DNA of 64,000 nucleotides, from positions 156,045,155-156,109,154 of the forward strand of contig NC_052150.1 in assembly GCF_902713615.1 (NCBI RefSeq). The letters are read 5' to 3'. Made by a program: the position numbers and the translations under genes. The DNA comes from Scyliorhinus canicula. Taxonomy: Eukaryota. Within the stretch, counting starts at the first letter, position 1. The number at the start of each line of letters is the position of its first letter. Of the stretch, positions 49,100 through 61,249 are shown piece by piece. The notes below the pieces were generated by a model, which saw nothing but the letters and a program-made list of their open reading frames with translations, ran no database searches and had not been told where the DNA came from.

Positions 49100-49560
49100 C
49101 GAAGCAGGGCCAAAGGGGGAGCTTTCAGTGACTCCCTTCCCCCCTCCCTCCCCCTTGGGGGGGGGTCATGGTGCAGCTGCCTCCCCTCCCCAGAGCCGGC
49201 GCCCACCTCGACAGGGCTTTCATGTTGTTCCTCCGGATCAAATCCTCCTCGTAGTTCATCAGCTTAAGCTTGTCCAGCAGATCCTCCATGGTGACAAACA
49301 TTTGATAGGCGGCGCCCGGGCCGCGCTCGCCTTCATCACCTCGCCGCCCGTCGTCCGCCATCGGAGGAGCAGCCGCCGGTACCGGCTCAGGGCCCCGGCC
49401 CGCTCTGTTCATTCACCGCCCGCTCGGCTCGGCCCAGCCCGAGGACGGCCTGTGATGTAAAAATTAAACGGTTCAAGCGCCCGCCCGCCTGTCCAATTCA
49501 AAACTAACACTGCGTATCCAGGCAGTGAGAACAGCAGCGCGTGTGGTTGTCAAGGAGCCC
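49100..49560 (-). promoter_or_regulatory. IFT57 CpG-rich promoter/first-exon region with a degenerate RFX X-box-like site (49546-49559)
   Basis: High GC/CpG around exon 1; GTTGTCAAGGAGCC resembles an X-box, and IFT genes are established RFX targets. Confidence 0.5.
49207..49361 (-). CDS. IFT57: IFT57 exon 1 (coding part)
   Basis: MADDGRRGDEGERGPGAAYQMFVTMEDLLDKLKLMNYEEDLIRRNNMKALS matches the vertebrate IFT57/HIPPI N-terminus (ERGPGAAYxMF..MEDL..KLKL); donor AG|gtgggc; 155 nt, phase 2; CpG-rich. Confidence 0.93.
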
Positions 49561-49912
49561 TTGCAGGGGAGAGGATGCTGTGTATAGTCAGCTGCTGGCA
49601 ATGATCAACAACATAACCCAACAACTACGGAGACTTTCATGTAATAAAACATCACAAGGTGCTTCACAGGAAATTAAATATGAATATAATATCGAGTATA
49701 TAAAACGAAATGGGAGCAAAATGCTGCTGAAGCTGGGGATCTGGAATAAAGCAGAAAATGCTGGGGGCAAACTCAGCAGGAGTTGGCAGCATCTGTGGAG
49801 AGCTAACGTTTCCAGTTCAATTTGACTCTTACTCGAAACTCTTAAAATAAAATGATGCCCAGCCACATAAGGAAATATTATATCAGATGACCAAAAGCTC
49901 GGTCAAAAGGTG

Positions 49913-50529
49913 AGGCTGGATTTTCCGTTCTGGAGACTATGTCCCTACGCTGGCGAGGGGATGGTGAGGAAAACTGGCACAGAACGGCCACCGATTCCAT
50001 GTTTTGCTGGGGGCTAGCAGGGAGGCAGCGTAGAGCACCAGGCTCTAGCTGCCAATATGGCCTGGAGAATTGCCGGGTCCGTGGTCACGCATGCGATGGT
50101 GGCAGCCTTAAGCAGCCGCACCGTAATTCATGGCAGATGCTGCTCACGGACTCTGCCCACAAAGTAGTGCCCCTCCTTCGGCTGGCTCGCGTGCCCCGGA
50201 CCGCCCCAGCTTTGAATATGTCCACCCCTGTCCACAGATTGGCCATCCTCCGACTGTGGCACCGCTGGACTGAGTCCGCATCCACCATGCTGAGGATCCG
50301 ACGGGTGAGACCACACGTGCCCCACGCCGTCAGGAACTTGGCCGGTCGGGGATGGAGCATCGCAGGGCAGGCCTCCGCCAACGTACGGACGCCGTAGATA
50401 CAGTGTAGGGTGTACTTTTCGGGGGCAGAGCATCATGAACGTAGCACTGCCTCCGATTTTGGCGTCACGGGGATTCTCTGCCTCGTCGCCGAACGTGATT
50501 TCGCTGTCGGGGATTGGAGAATCCAGCCC
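49913..50529. mobile_element. Harbinger-type MITE
   Basis: AGGCTGGATTTTCC...GGAGAATCCAGCCC termini; TSD GTG. Confidence 0.82.
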
Positions 50530-50876
50530 GTGACTTTTAAGGAATGTCTCAAAGGAGGAAAAGGAGATGGAGAGTGGATTCGAGAGGGAATTCCTGAGCT
50601 TAGGCCTTGGCATCTGAAGGCATAGCCATGCACCAACAATGGAACAATTAAAATTGGGGATGCTCAAAGGAACAGTAGAGGAGCATAAGTATCTCAGAGT
50701 TGTAGCACCCTTCAGCACTTGTTACCAACAGTTAGAACCTACTGTATTACCAACATTTATATGTAACCCCACTATTTAAAAAGGGAGGGAGAGAAAAAAT
50801 GGAGAATTACACACAAGTTAGCCTGGCATCAGTAGTGGGGACAATGCTAGAGTCTACTATAAAAGACTGTGATAAC

Positions 50877-51108
50877 TGTGGTAGTCACCACTGATGTATT
50901 TTAGTGTATATATGGTTTTACGGTAAGGCCCCTGTACTACAGGTACGGGGTAGATCCCTGCCTGCTGGCTCCGTCCAGTAGGCGGAGTATAAATATGTGT
51001 GCTCTCCGTACACAGCCATTTCGTCAGCTGCTGTAGGAGGCCACACATCTCTGTAATAAAGCCTCGATTACATTCTACTCTCGTCTCGTCGTAATCGATA
51101 GTGCATCA
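50877..51108 (+). mobile_element. Solo LTR related to the 456-5527 element
   Basis: TGTGGT...GCATCA termini; TATAAATA and AATAAA; perfect TSD ATAAC. Confidence 0.93.
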
Positions 51109-51189
51109 ATAACACAATGTTTGGAAAACATTAATGGGATTGGACAAAGCCAGCTTGGATTATGAAAGGCAGTGCCCAACCATAAATAC

Positions 51190-52060
51190 TAAATCATCCC
51201 AATTTGGAGCGTGCACATTCACTAAAACCATCGGCTTTCCTTCTAGTGTCCCAGTGACTGTAACATACCTGATCTGCCACAACCTTACATGCCTGGAACC
51301 GGACTCTTTTATTAATTAAAATCACCCCAGGAACTACTATCAAAGTCCAAGTGGAACACTCGGCATACCCAGCCCTTCCAAAGCCTAGTGTGATGTTCAC
51401 CCTCAATTGAGTCTCCTGGAAAAGCATCACATCGACACTTAGATTCTTCAAATGAGAAGAAAAAACTCTTGCTCGATTCACTGGGCCCCCCCAAACCCCT
51501 AATGTTCCATGTGACTAGTCTGATCAGTCTCACCACCCTGCCTCCCTCGGGTCAGCCATTTCCACTGCGAGGGATTATCCCCTCCATCTTCCAAATCCCT
51601 AATACCAGGGCCCATCCAATTTGGTCACCAGCCCCACCCTTAATATGAGGCAAAGAAAAACCCTTGATCACCATGAGCAACCCAACCCCCCCCCCCCCTT
51701 TCCCTTCCCCTATTCCATAAATTCTTCAGCTACTTCCCCTCAAAGCACAATAGAATTCGGCCTTTTGGCTGATTCCTTGGCCACCAGTCAACCGCTCGAA
51801 TCGAGTCCCACCCATCTCTCGAGTGCCACAAAGTCTGAGTTCTCCTCTTTGAATACTAACACCAAATACAATGTTGCAACTTCTTGAATTTCTCATTCTC
51901 TCTGCTGCTTGACTTAAAGATACATGCCCACGAAGCAACCATGGAACAAAAATAATGGCAAAAATAAAGATAGGGGAAATAAGGAAACCAATGGGGAGGA
52001 CACTTACACCCCCCCCAAAGGAGTTACACCTCACTCCCCAACAGTCGCCATGCAGTGAAA
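51190..52060 (-). mobile_element. Old L1 fragment (spacer and endonuclease start)
   Basis: IRLVTWNIRGL, DVMLFQET, GVILINKRV. Confidence 0.75.
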
Positions 52061-52769
52061 TCTATTGGATTGCCCACCATGTTTCTTGCTTCCCCTGATG
52101 CATATATTATAAAGCCGGATGTGGAATTGGGTCCTTATGTGAGCATTAATTGACCACTTAATGTCCTTAATTGGACAAAGGATGGGTGGGTTCTGTGCCT
52201 TACCCACTCACCTTAATATGCGAGACCGGTTGGGAAGGTTCTAGGCATGTTACCCATTTTGTTTTACGTGCCTTCCTCCACCCCATCTTCAGATTTGTCA
52301 GTGGGGTACTATAAAATTCATTCCACAGTCTCTATTGTAAAGGCGGAAACATTGCAGGTAATTTTCACACAGTAAGTTCTTACTAATATTGAGATAAATG
52401 ACCAGATAATCCTTTTTAAAATAGCGGATCAAGTGTTGGTAAGGAAACCAGGAAAATTCCCATGCTCTTCATACAATTATGCAACCTAACCACAGTGAAA
52501 GGAACATCAATATAGCACAAAGTCAGGACAGTGCTTATATTGGAGTGGAACTTCCAGGCGATGGTCCAGGTCCTTATTCTAGATGGTAGAAATCGCAGTT
52601 TTGGAAGGTATTGCCTAAGGAGCCTTGGTGAGTTGCTGCAGTGCATCTTGTTGCTGGTACACACTGCTGCCACTGTTCGTCTATGGTGGTGGGAGTGAAT
52701 GTGGAAGGTGGCGGATTGGATGCTAATCAAGTGGACTGCTTTGTTCTGGATAGTGTTGAGCTTGGACGA

Positions 52770-54505
52770 AGAGACTTGGATGACGGGACCAATTGTGTCG
52801 TAGCTAAATCTGCCAATTACATCAACGTAGGAAATTAAGTTGTCAAGAAGAGGTGGAGAGTCTGCAAAGGGATATAGACAGGTTATGTAGTGGGCAAAAA
52901 TTTGACAGATGGAGTATACTATAGGAAAATGTGAAGTTCTTCATGTTAACCGGAAGAATAGAAAAGCAGTGTGCTGGTTAATTGGAGAAAGATTCTAGAA
53001 CTCAATGGTACAGATGCATCGGGGTGTCCTGGTACATGAATCACATAAAGTTAGTTTGCAGGTTCAACAAGTGATTAGGAAGGTAAATAGAATGTTTGCC
53101 AGAGGAATGGAATATAAAAGTAGGGAAAGTTTTTGCAGCTACACAAGACCTTGGTGAGACCACATCTAGAATACTCTTGTGCAGTTTTGAAATGAAAATG
53201 AAAATGAAAATCGCTTATTGTCACGAGTAGGCTTCAATGAAGTTATTGTGAAAAGCCCCTAGTCGCCACATTCCGGGGAGGCTGGTACGGGAATCGAACC
53301 GTGCTGCTGGCCTGCTTGGTCTGCTTTAAAAGCCAGCGATTTAGCCCAGTGAGCTAAACCAGCCCCTAGTGAGCTAAACCAGCCCCTAGGGAGCTAAACC
53401 AGCCCCTTTAGTTTCCTTATTTGAAAAAAAGAAAAAAGGCTACCATTTAAGACAGAGATGAAGATAATTTTTTCTCCTCAAAGGTCGTTAGTCTGTGGAA
53501 TTCTCTTTCCCAGAAAGTAGGTGCTTAAATTTATTGTAGGCGGGGTAGATAGTTTTTTGATAGACAACACAAGTCAAGGATTGGCAGGCTGATAGGAAGG
53601 TGGAACTGAACCCATGGCTAGAGAAACCATGATCATACTGAATGGTAGAGCACACTCAAACGGCCAAATGGCTTACTCTTGCTCCTAAGTATTAGACAAA
53701 CCGATTATTAGACAAACTAATGGGGCTAAAGGCAGGTACATCCCCTGGACCAAATGGCTTGTATCCTAGGATCCGAAAAAAAGTAGCTACAGAGATAGTG
53801 GATACATTGGTTGTAAATTTCCTAAAATCCTTGGATTCTGGAGAAGTACTGGAGGATCGAAAAACTGCCAATGTGACACCTCTTCAAAAAGGGAGGAGGC
53901 AAAAAGCGGGTATCTATAGGCTGATTTGCCTAACAACAATTGTTGGAAAAATGTTGGAATCAAGTATTAAGGAAGTAATAGCAGCACATTTGGAAAATTA
54001 TAATCTAACCAGGCAGAATCAGCATGGCTTCATGAAAGGCAAATCATGTCTGATTAATTCATTAGAGATTTTGATGAAGTCTCACCTAGGGTGGATAGAG
54101 GGGAACCATTCGATGTGTTGTATTTAGACTTCCAGAAGGTGTTCGCCAAGGTACCTCATAAAAGGTTAAGTCAAAAGATAAGAGCCTATGGTGTTGGAGG
54201 TAGTATATTGGCATGGATAGAGAATTGACTAATGGCAGGAAACAGCAAGTGGGGATAAAAAGGGTTCTTTTCAGGTTTGCGACCTGTGACCAGTGGGGTT
54301 CCACAGGGATCAGTGCTGGGACTGCAACTGTTGACAATATATATTAATGACTTGGAGGAACAAAGTAAATATTCTGTAACCAAATTTACAGATGACACAA
54401 AAATAAGGGGAAAGACAAGTTGCAAGAGGGATAAAGTTTTCAAAAAGATATTGATAGGTTTATTAAGTGGGAAAAAAGTTGGCAATGAAGTATAATGTGT
54501 GAAAG
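52770..54505 (+). mobile_element. Two tandem CR1 fragments (3' end to about 53690, RT fragment 53690-54505)
   Basis: SPGPNGLYPR, QHGFMKGKSCL, SGVPQGSVLG, KFTDDTK. Confidence 0.88.
53190..53406 (-). mobile_element. tRNA-derived SINE (different family) with triplicated 5' end
   Basis: Head GGGGCTGGTTTAGCTCAC, B box GGTTCGATTCC, (ttttca)n tail. Confidence 0.85.
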
Positions 54506-55200
54506 GTTGTCGTTTTTAGACCTTATATTGAATTTAGTTTTTAAAACTTTTGTTTTCCACTAAGTACTGAAGGGGTTAAAACACGTCTTTATTATTCTGT
54601 ATTACACATGCAAGCTGTTTAGGTGTAACTGCAGGAAGCATGCCCAAGCACACATTTCACTGGTGATGGGGCCGAGGGAGAATGGTCTTTCTCAAGAATA
54701 AAAAGGAATTAAGCATGATCTTTTCACCATTTTTGTAGTGGTGTCAAGTTATCTGGGGAATAGACATTATACTCCAGTGCTAAATATTGGGAGAAAGCAT
54801 ATATATGCCTTTAGACTGATTAGATGTTGTAATTAAATAGGCATACACCTGTGATAATTAGTTAGTCATGCTCATATACTATGCATGATGTAACCTTAAC
54901 AAACAAGTGATTGGTATATGTTAATTACTTGTAACGGAATCTGAAGTATAACTGTCTGTATAATTCTTGAATCTGGACTCTCTGGGATCCCAACTTGGAA
55001 TGCCATAAGGCCATGATACAGCATTGTCATAATTCTCAGGTGGGCCCATCCCTTCGAGGTCACACGGTCTAACTGTGTTTATCTGAGGGAACTTTGCAAA
55101 TTGGAACCTACTTTCAAATTTGCAGCTTCAAGCAAAATAAAACCAAACAAAACTTTTTTATCCTAACAGTACTTTGTGCACTTTGAGGTACGATGGGGTG

Positions 55201-55534
55201 GGGCACGCACAGTAACATAGTGGTTAGCACAGTTGCTTCACGGCTCCTGGGTCCCAGGTACGATTCCCAGCTTGAGTCACTGTCTGTACGGAGTTTGCAC
55301 ATTCTCCCCGTGTCTGCGTGGGTTTCTTCTGGGTGCTTCGGTTTCTTCCCACAATTCAAAGATGTGCAGGTTAGGTGGATTGGCCATGCTAAATTGCACT
55401 GTGTCCAAAAAGGTTGGTGGGGTTACTGGGTGATGGGGATAGGGTGGAGATGTGGGCTTAGGTAGGGTGCTCTTTCCAAGGGCCGGTGCAGACTCGATGG
55501 ACCGAATGGCCTCCTTCTGCTCTATAAATTCTAT
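55201..55534 (+). mobile_element. HE1-type SINE
   Basis: Head, core and CR1-like tail. Confidence 0.9.
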
Positions 55535-55744
55535 GTAAGAAGTCTTAAAGGTTAAAGTCCAACAGGTTTGTTTCAAACACTAGCTTTCCGAGCACTGCTC
55601 CTTCCACAGGTGACGGAGGAAGGAACCTGAGGAAGGAGTAGTGCTCCGAAAGCTGGTGTTTGAAACAAACCTGTTGGACTTTAACCTGATGTTGTAAGAC
55701 TTATTAATGTGCTCACCCCAGTCCAACGCCGGCATCTCCACATC
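55535..55744 (+). repeat. Penelope-type fold-back mini-element with hammerhead motif
   Basis: Same family as 43025-43240; CTGAGGA...GAAAGCT at about 55627-55654; inserted in the SINE tail with taaattctat duplicated. Confidence 0.82.
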
Positions 55745-56354
55745 GTAAATTCTATGATTCTCTGACCCTGCCAGACTTGGTTGGGTGGGTTGATTGGGGT
55801 GAAGGGACAAAAGGGGGGTAACACTGATTTACACACTTAACGTTTCAGGTCATACTTGGGTCTTGAGTAAAGGTGAATATAATTACAGCTTGGCATGACT
55901 GTCAGATTTGGACTCTTGAGAGTAAAATACAAACAGGTTTAATTATACCTCTTCACTGTGTGGGGAGGATTCAGCACAATGGTTGTTGCTGTGATACTAA
56001 AGTCCAACCTTCCCACTGCGGCTCGGCCTGTTCCAGACTTGCCGGTTCCTAAGCAACTGGGATTCCACAAGCGCTCTTTCCAGATTTTCCTTTCACCGGT
56101 TCACTCTGCCGTCCAAAACCCGAGAACAACCCCTTTCATTCCCGCAATAAAGGAAAATAATCTTTCTTCTGTTTTTGTTTCAATTGGCTCTTCTCCAGGC
56201 AGGCTATCCAGATACAAAGTTTACATTACAACGGTTTCCAAGGCCAGCCAGTAAGGAAGTGTGACCTAAAGAACGCAGACAGTCAGTTGGTTACAGTCTT
56301 TCTGCAAGTTTCTCCTCAGGCTCATCTTTGACTTCCAACCAGCGCAGTGGAGCA

Positions 56355-56505
56355 ATGGCCGAGGACGGGGAATGTCTCGCTGGGGACAAGCTTCGTCCCC
56401 CAGAGGACACGCCAGGAGACAACGAGTTAAATAAACCGCATTCGGCTAAACTTGACAGCGAGCTTTCACCTCCACTCATCTCCATCAACCGCAGTGGTGG
56501 TAAAG
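56355..56505 (+). CDS. Candidate first coding exon of an unidentified gene divergent from IFT57
   Basis: gcaATGG Kozak context; MAEDGECLAGDKLRPPEDTPGDNELNKPHSAKLDSELSPPLISINRSGGK; strong donor AAG|gtgagt; upstream acceptor tttctcctcag at 56319; non-repetitive CpG-containing island. Confidence 0.45.
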
Positions 56506-56949
56506 GTGAGTCCAGGCTCCTCATACCAATTGTTCATAGCCAGAGCGTTCACAAGATAGCGAACTTCCACAGTCACTGAAGCAGAAAACTTACCCAAGAC
56601 ATGACTAGGGGTACATTTTCATAGTAACTTAATTGCAGTGTTAATGTAAGCCTACTTGTAACACCAGTAAAGATTACTATTATTACAAGAAGAATCAGTT
56701 AACTGAAGTATTAAGTTATGGGTTTGGGAATAAAGAACAAAATCGTTTGTTTGTGGTGAAATATTCTTAAGATCCATGTGCATAGGGTAACAAAATGTTC
56801 AGGCCACCAGAATCTCAGAGGCTGAGAAACAGCCACCCAAAGTGTCCGCAGCATTCCCGGCAGCACTGCCAACAAAAAGGATCCATAACGGACAGTTTAA
56901 AATTCTGTTATCAAATTCTCCAACAGGTGGATTCACAACCATACCTGGG

Positions 56950-57183
56950 AGTTTTTTTTACACAGAGGGTAGTGGGTGCCTGGAACTCGCTGCTGGAGGA
57001 GGTGGTGGAAGCAGGAACGAGAGTGACATTTAAGGGGCATCTTGACAAATACATGAATAGGATGGGAATAGAGGGATACTGACCCAGGAAGTGTAGAAGA
57101 TTTTAGTTTAGACAGGCAGCATGGTTGGCACGGGCTTGGAGGGCCGAAGGGCCTGTTCCTGTGCTGTACTTTTTTGTTCTTTG
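56950..57183 (+). mobile_element. CR1 3' fragment
   Basis: Same family as the split copy at 291-455/5528-5600. Confidence 0.88.
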
Positions 57184-57395
57184 AGTTCATCTTGAAAACA
57201 ATCTACAGTGGAGATTTCACATTCAGCGGATAAAGCAAACAGGGTTCTAGAATTTCTTTTTTTTAAAAATAATATTTATTGAAAAATTTTGAATTTATAC
57301 AACATCAAACCATACTAAAATACAAACGATAACAGTAATGACAACAATCATGAACCTTCGCCCCTCCTCAATGAACAATGAACAACCCAACCCAA

Positions 57396-57738
57396 GGGCA
57401 GCACGGTAGCATGGTGGTTAGCATAAATGCTTCACAGCTCCAGGGTCCCAGGTTCGATTCCCGGCTGGGTCACTGTCTGTGCGGAGTCTGCACATCCTCC
57501 CCGTGTGTGCGTGGGTTTCCTCCAGGTGCTCCGGTTTCCTCCCACAGTCCAAAGATGTGCAGGTTAGGTGGATTGGCCAGGCTAAATTGCCCTTAGTGTC
57601 CTAAAAAATAAGGTTAATGGGGTTGTTGGGTTACTGGGATAGGTATACGTGGGCTTGAGTAGGGTGATCATTGCTCGGCACAACATCGAGGGCCGAAGGG
57701 CCTGTTCTGTGCTGTACTGTTCTAATTCTAATTCTAAT
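57396..57738 (+). mobile_element. HE1-type SINE
   Basis: Full head, core and (ttctaa)n tail. Confidence 0.92.
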
Positions 57739-57758
57739 TAACAACAACTTAAGTTAAC

Positions 57759-58709
57759 TGTTGCTCGTTTTACTGGAGTGTATTAACACGCCTCCGTTTA
57801 AAGGCCGTGTGCTTAACACTGCTATGGCTCTGTGTATGTAATTATGCTCAGGAGTCGCCAGGTGCCGTATTTAGACACCTCACAAGTATATCAAGGTCAG
57901 GTTCAAAGTAATAAATCTGTACACCGATTAGTAAGTCCAAACGATTGATATTTATTATGACAAATATAATAAATACACATGAATACGCTAAAGAGACTAA
58001 CTTACTTCTAATACTAAACAACTAAAATACTTATCTAGACAGGAACAGTCAAGGTCAGGGAGCAAGGCCTTCGTCCCGTTCTTGGTCTGCAACTCTCAGG
58101 TACTTAAAGTTGTCAGGGTCTAGCAAAGTCTGGATCACGTAGCGATCGTTGAATTGGCACTTACAGTTCGATGGCTGATGCTCAACGGCCGGTGCTGAAA
58201 CTGGAGTCAGGATGCGATGTAACAAGTCTGGGCCGGAGTCTGGAAGCAACAGACCGAACCATGTGCGGGGTCTATTCTTTTAGTCCCTAGAAGTCCGTGC
58301 CCCTTCGGGGCGGGTCTTTTACCTGCCATGTATCGATTGGGCCTTTCCCAATCGATATCTTCCAAACCCCCCAATCTGAGGGTCGTTTCTCGATGGGTGG
58401 GCTGTCCCTATGGTTCTTTGTGTTGGATACAGTGGTGCCGTTCTGTCTGGGCGTCTACTCAAAAGTATCCGTTCATACTTAAATGTTTCTATTGTGTGGG
58501 GTCTGGATCTGGATCACCTCATTACTATGTAGATCTTGTTGCCATTTACACCTTTGGCTGAGACTCTGCACCTGGCCACAAACTGGTTTCTGTACGTGCA
58601 GAATGCTAATTAGTCTTCTGCAAACTGCTTGTCCTTGCTAAGACTGTTTTTCCCTGCAGCCTTAGCAGTTCTCCATTTTGTAGCCCAGTGTCCATCTTAG
58701 GTGGCTACA
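57759..58709 (-). mobile_element. 951-bp solo LTR (Gypsy or ERV; unrelated to the 242-bp LTRs)
   Basis: TG...CA termini; 4-bp TSD TAAC; minus-strand AATAAA near 57951-57956; orientation inferred. Confidence 0.78.
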
Positions 58710-60059
58710 TAACACAGTGTTAAGTTACATAACCGTAGCGAAAAAAATATAGAAACTATAGTAAGGAACACCCCCCCCCCCCCCCCCCCCCCCCCCCGGG
58801 TTGCTGCTGCTATTGACCAAGATACCTATCTTTGAGCCAGGAAGTCCAGAAAAGGCTGCCACCGTTTATAGAACCCTTGTACTGATCCTCTCAGGGCAAA
58901 TTTGACCCTTTCCAACTTTATAAATCCCGCCATGTCATTGACCCAGGTCTCCACACTTGGGGGCCTCGCATCCTTCCACTGCAGCAAGATCCTCCGCCGG
59001 GCTACTAGGGACGCAAAGGCCGGGACACCGGCCTCTTTCGCCTCCTGCACTCCTGGCTCCACCACAACTCCGAAAATCGTGAGTCCCCACCCTGGTTTGA
59101 CCCTGGATCCAACCACCCTCGACACCGTCCTCCCCACCCCCTTCCAGAATTCTTCCAGTGCTGGGCATGCCCAGAACATATGGGCGTGGTTCGCAGGACT
59201 CCCCGAACACCTGGTGCACCTGTCCTCACCCCCAAAGAACCTACTCATCCTAGTCCCGGACATGTGGGCCCGGTGCAGCACCTTAAATTGGATGAGACTA
59301 AGCCTCGCACATGAAGAGGAAGAGTTGACTCTCTCCAAGGCATCCGCCCAAGTCCCGTCCTCTATCTGCTCCCCAAGTTCCCCCTTCCATTTAGCCTTCA
59401 GCTCCTCCACTGACGACTCCTCCACCTCCTGCATTACCTTATAGATGTCAGACACCTTCCCCTCTCTGACCCACACCCCCAAAAGCACTCTGTCCATCGT
59501 CCCCCGCGAGGGCAGCAGAGGGAATCCCTCTACCTGTCGCCTAGCAAACGCCTTTACCTGCAAGTATCTGAACATGTTCCCTTGGGGAAGCCCAAATTTA
59601 TCTTCCAGTTCCGCCAGGCCCTCAAACCTCCCGCCAATAAACAGGTCCCTCAATTTACTGATGCCCACCCTTTGCCACCCCCTAAATCCCCCATCCTTGT
59701 TCCCCGGGATGAACCGATGATTGCCACCCAGTGGAGCCTCCATCGAGCCCCCTGTTTCCCCCCTATGCCGTCTCCACTGTCCCCAGATTCTTAAGGTCGC
59801 CGCCACCACCGGGCTCGTGGTAAACCTCGTAGGGGAGAGCGGCAACGGCGCCGTTACCATGGCACCCAGGCTCGTACCGGTTCTAGAATTTCTGAGGAGG
59901 AATCTCTGATATTGCAACAAAAGTATCAGAGTTATAGCTTCCCAAACATTTGTTTGATTGATCGTGAGTATACAGGTTGTGTGTGGGATCCTTCAATGGT
60001 GAGGCATACAAAATACATGTTGCATGAACCATAAGCAACATTCCAGTTCAGAGCAGTAG

Positions 60060-60780
60060 ACCAGACTCTTCCAGCCTGCTGATCCTAGTGGATCTGGTTG
60101 TGGTCTAACTCCACTTTACTGTCTGCCCCCATAACCCTTGACTCCCTTGTCTGTCAAAAATCTGTCTTAGCCTTGATCCAGCCCCCATTACTTTCTGGGG
60201 AAGAGAATCCCACAGATTAACGACCACCTGAGAGAAAACATTTCTCCGCATATTCGTTTTAAAAGGGCGCCGTCTTACCATTAAACTGTGTCCCCTAGTT
60301 CTAGTCTTCCCAACAAGTGGGAACATCCTCCCAATATCCACCCTATCAAGTCTCCTCAGGTTCTTATCTGTTTCAATAAGATCGCCTCTCACTTTTCTAT
60401 ACTCCAATCGGTATAGGCCCAACCTGTTCAACCTTTCCTCACAAGGGAATCTCTTCACCCCAGGAATATATTGGTAAAATATTCTCTGGACCTCTTCTAA
60501 CTCAATTTTTCAAATAAGGAGACCAAAACTGGACAAAGTATCTCAAATAGGTCTCACCAAGGCCCTATGCCGCTGCAGTAAAACTTTTCTACATTTATAT
60601 TCCATTCCCCTGGCTAACATTCCATTGCTTTCCTAATCACTTGCTGTACCTGCATGCTAACTTGATATACCAGGACATCCAGATCCCTCTGTACCGCTGA
60701 TCTCTCTTTATTTAAATGGTATACTGCTTTTCAATTCTTCCTGCCAAAGTGGTCAAGTTCACATTTTCACACTTTCTCCC
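60060..60780 (-). mobile_element. CR1 3' fragment
   Basis: EERLNRLGLY.LE.R.VRGDLIE...TRTRGHSL...FSQVVVNLWDSLP. Confidence 0.88.
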
Positions 60781-61249
60781 ATTTCCCATACTGCATGAAT
60801 CAGTATGGGAAATACACCAGTGTTACATCCTTGATCACTGTGACGCCCCGCCACCTCTGCTGGGTCTGTCCTGCCGGTGAGACAGGACATACCCAGGAGT
60901 GGTGATAGTGCTGTCTAGGATATTGACTGTAAGGTATGATTCTGTGAGTATGACTATGTCAGGCTGTTGCATAATTAGTCTGTGAGACAGCTCTCCTAAC
61001 TTTGGCACACGCCCCCAGATGTTAGGAAGGAGGACTTTGCAGGGTTGGCAGGGCTGGGTTTGCGGTGCCTGGTTCGATGCTGGATAGCCTGTCTGGTTTC
61101 ATTCCTTTTTTGTGTTTTCTAGCAGTTGAATGCAACTGAGCGGCTTGCTAGGCCATTTCAGAGGGCATTTAAGAGTCAACCTCATTGCTGTGGGTCTGGA
61201 AATCTACCAAAGGAAATTGTCATAGCCCCAACAATTGAAATTGATCCAT

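Larger units (their letters stand above)
57258..59878 (-). mobile_element. 5'-truncated L1 with a SINE and a solo LTR nested in its 3' UTR
   Basis: 15-bp TSD GGTTCTAGAATTTCT (57243-57257, 59879-59893); ORF2 C-terminus open 58826-59878, close relative of 15017-16100. Confidence 0.93.

Noticed and set aside
56355-56505. Naming this gene HHLA2
   Set aside because: No signal peptide or Ig domain seen
13851-57596. Recurrent small ORFs of the type GHCLCGVCTSSPC...GGLAMLNCP
   Set aside because: Translations of the SINE core, not a gene family
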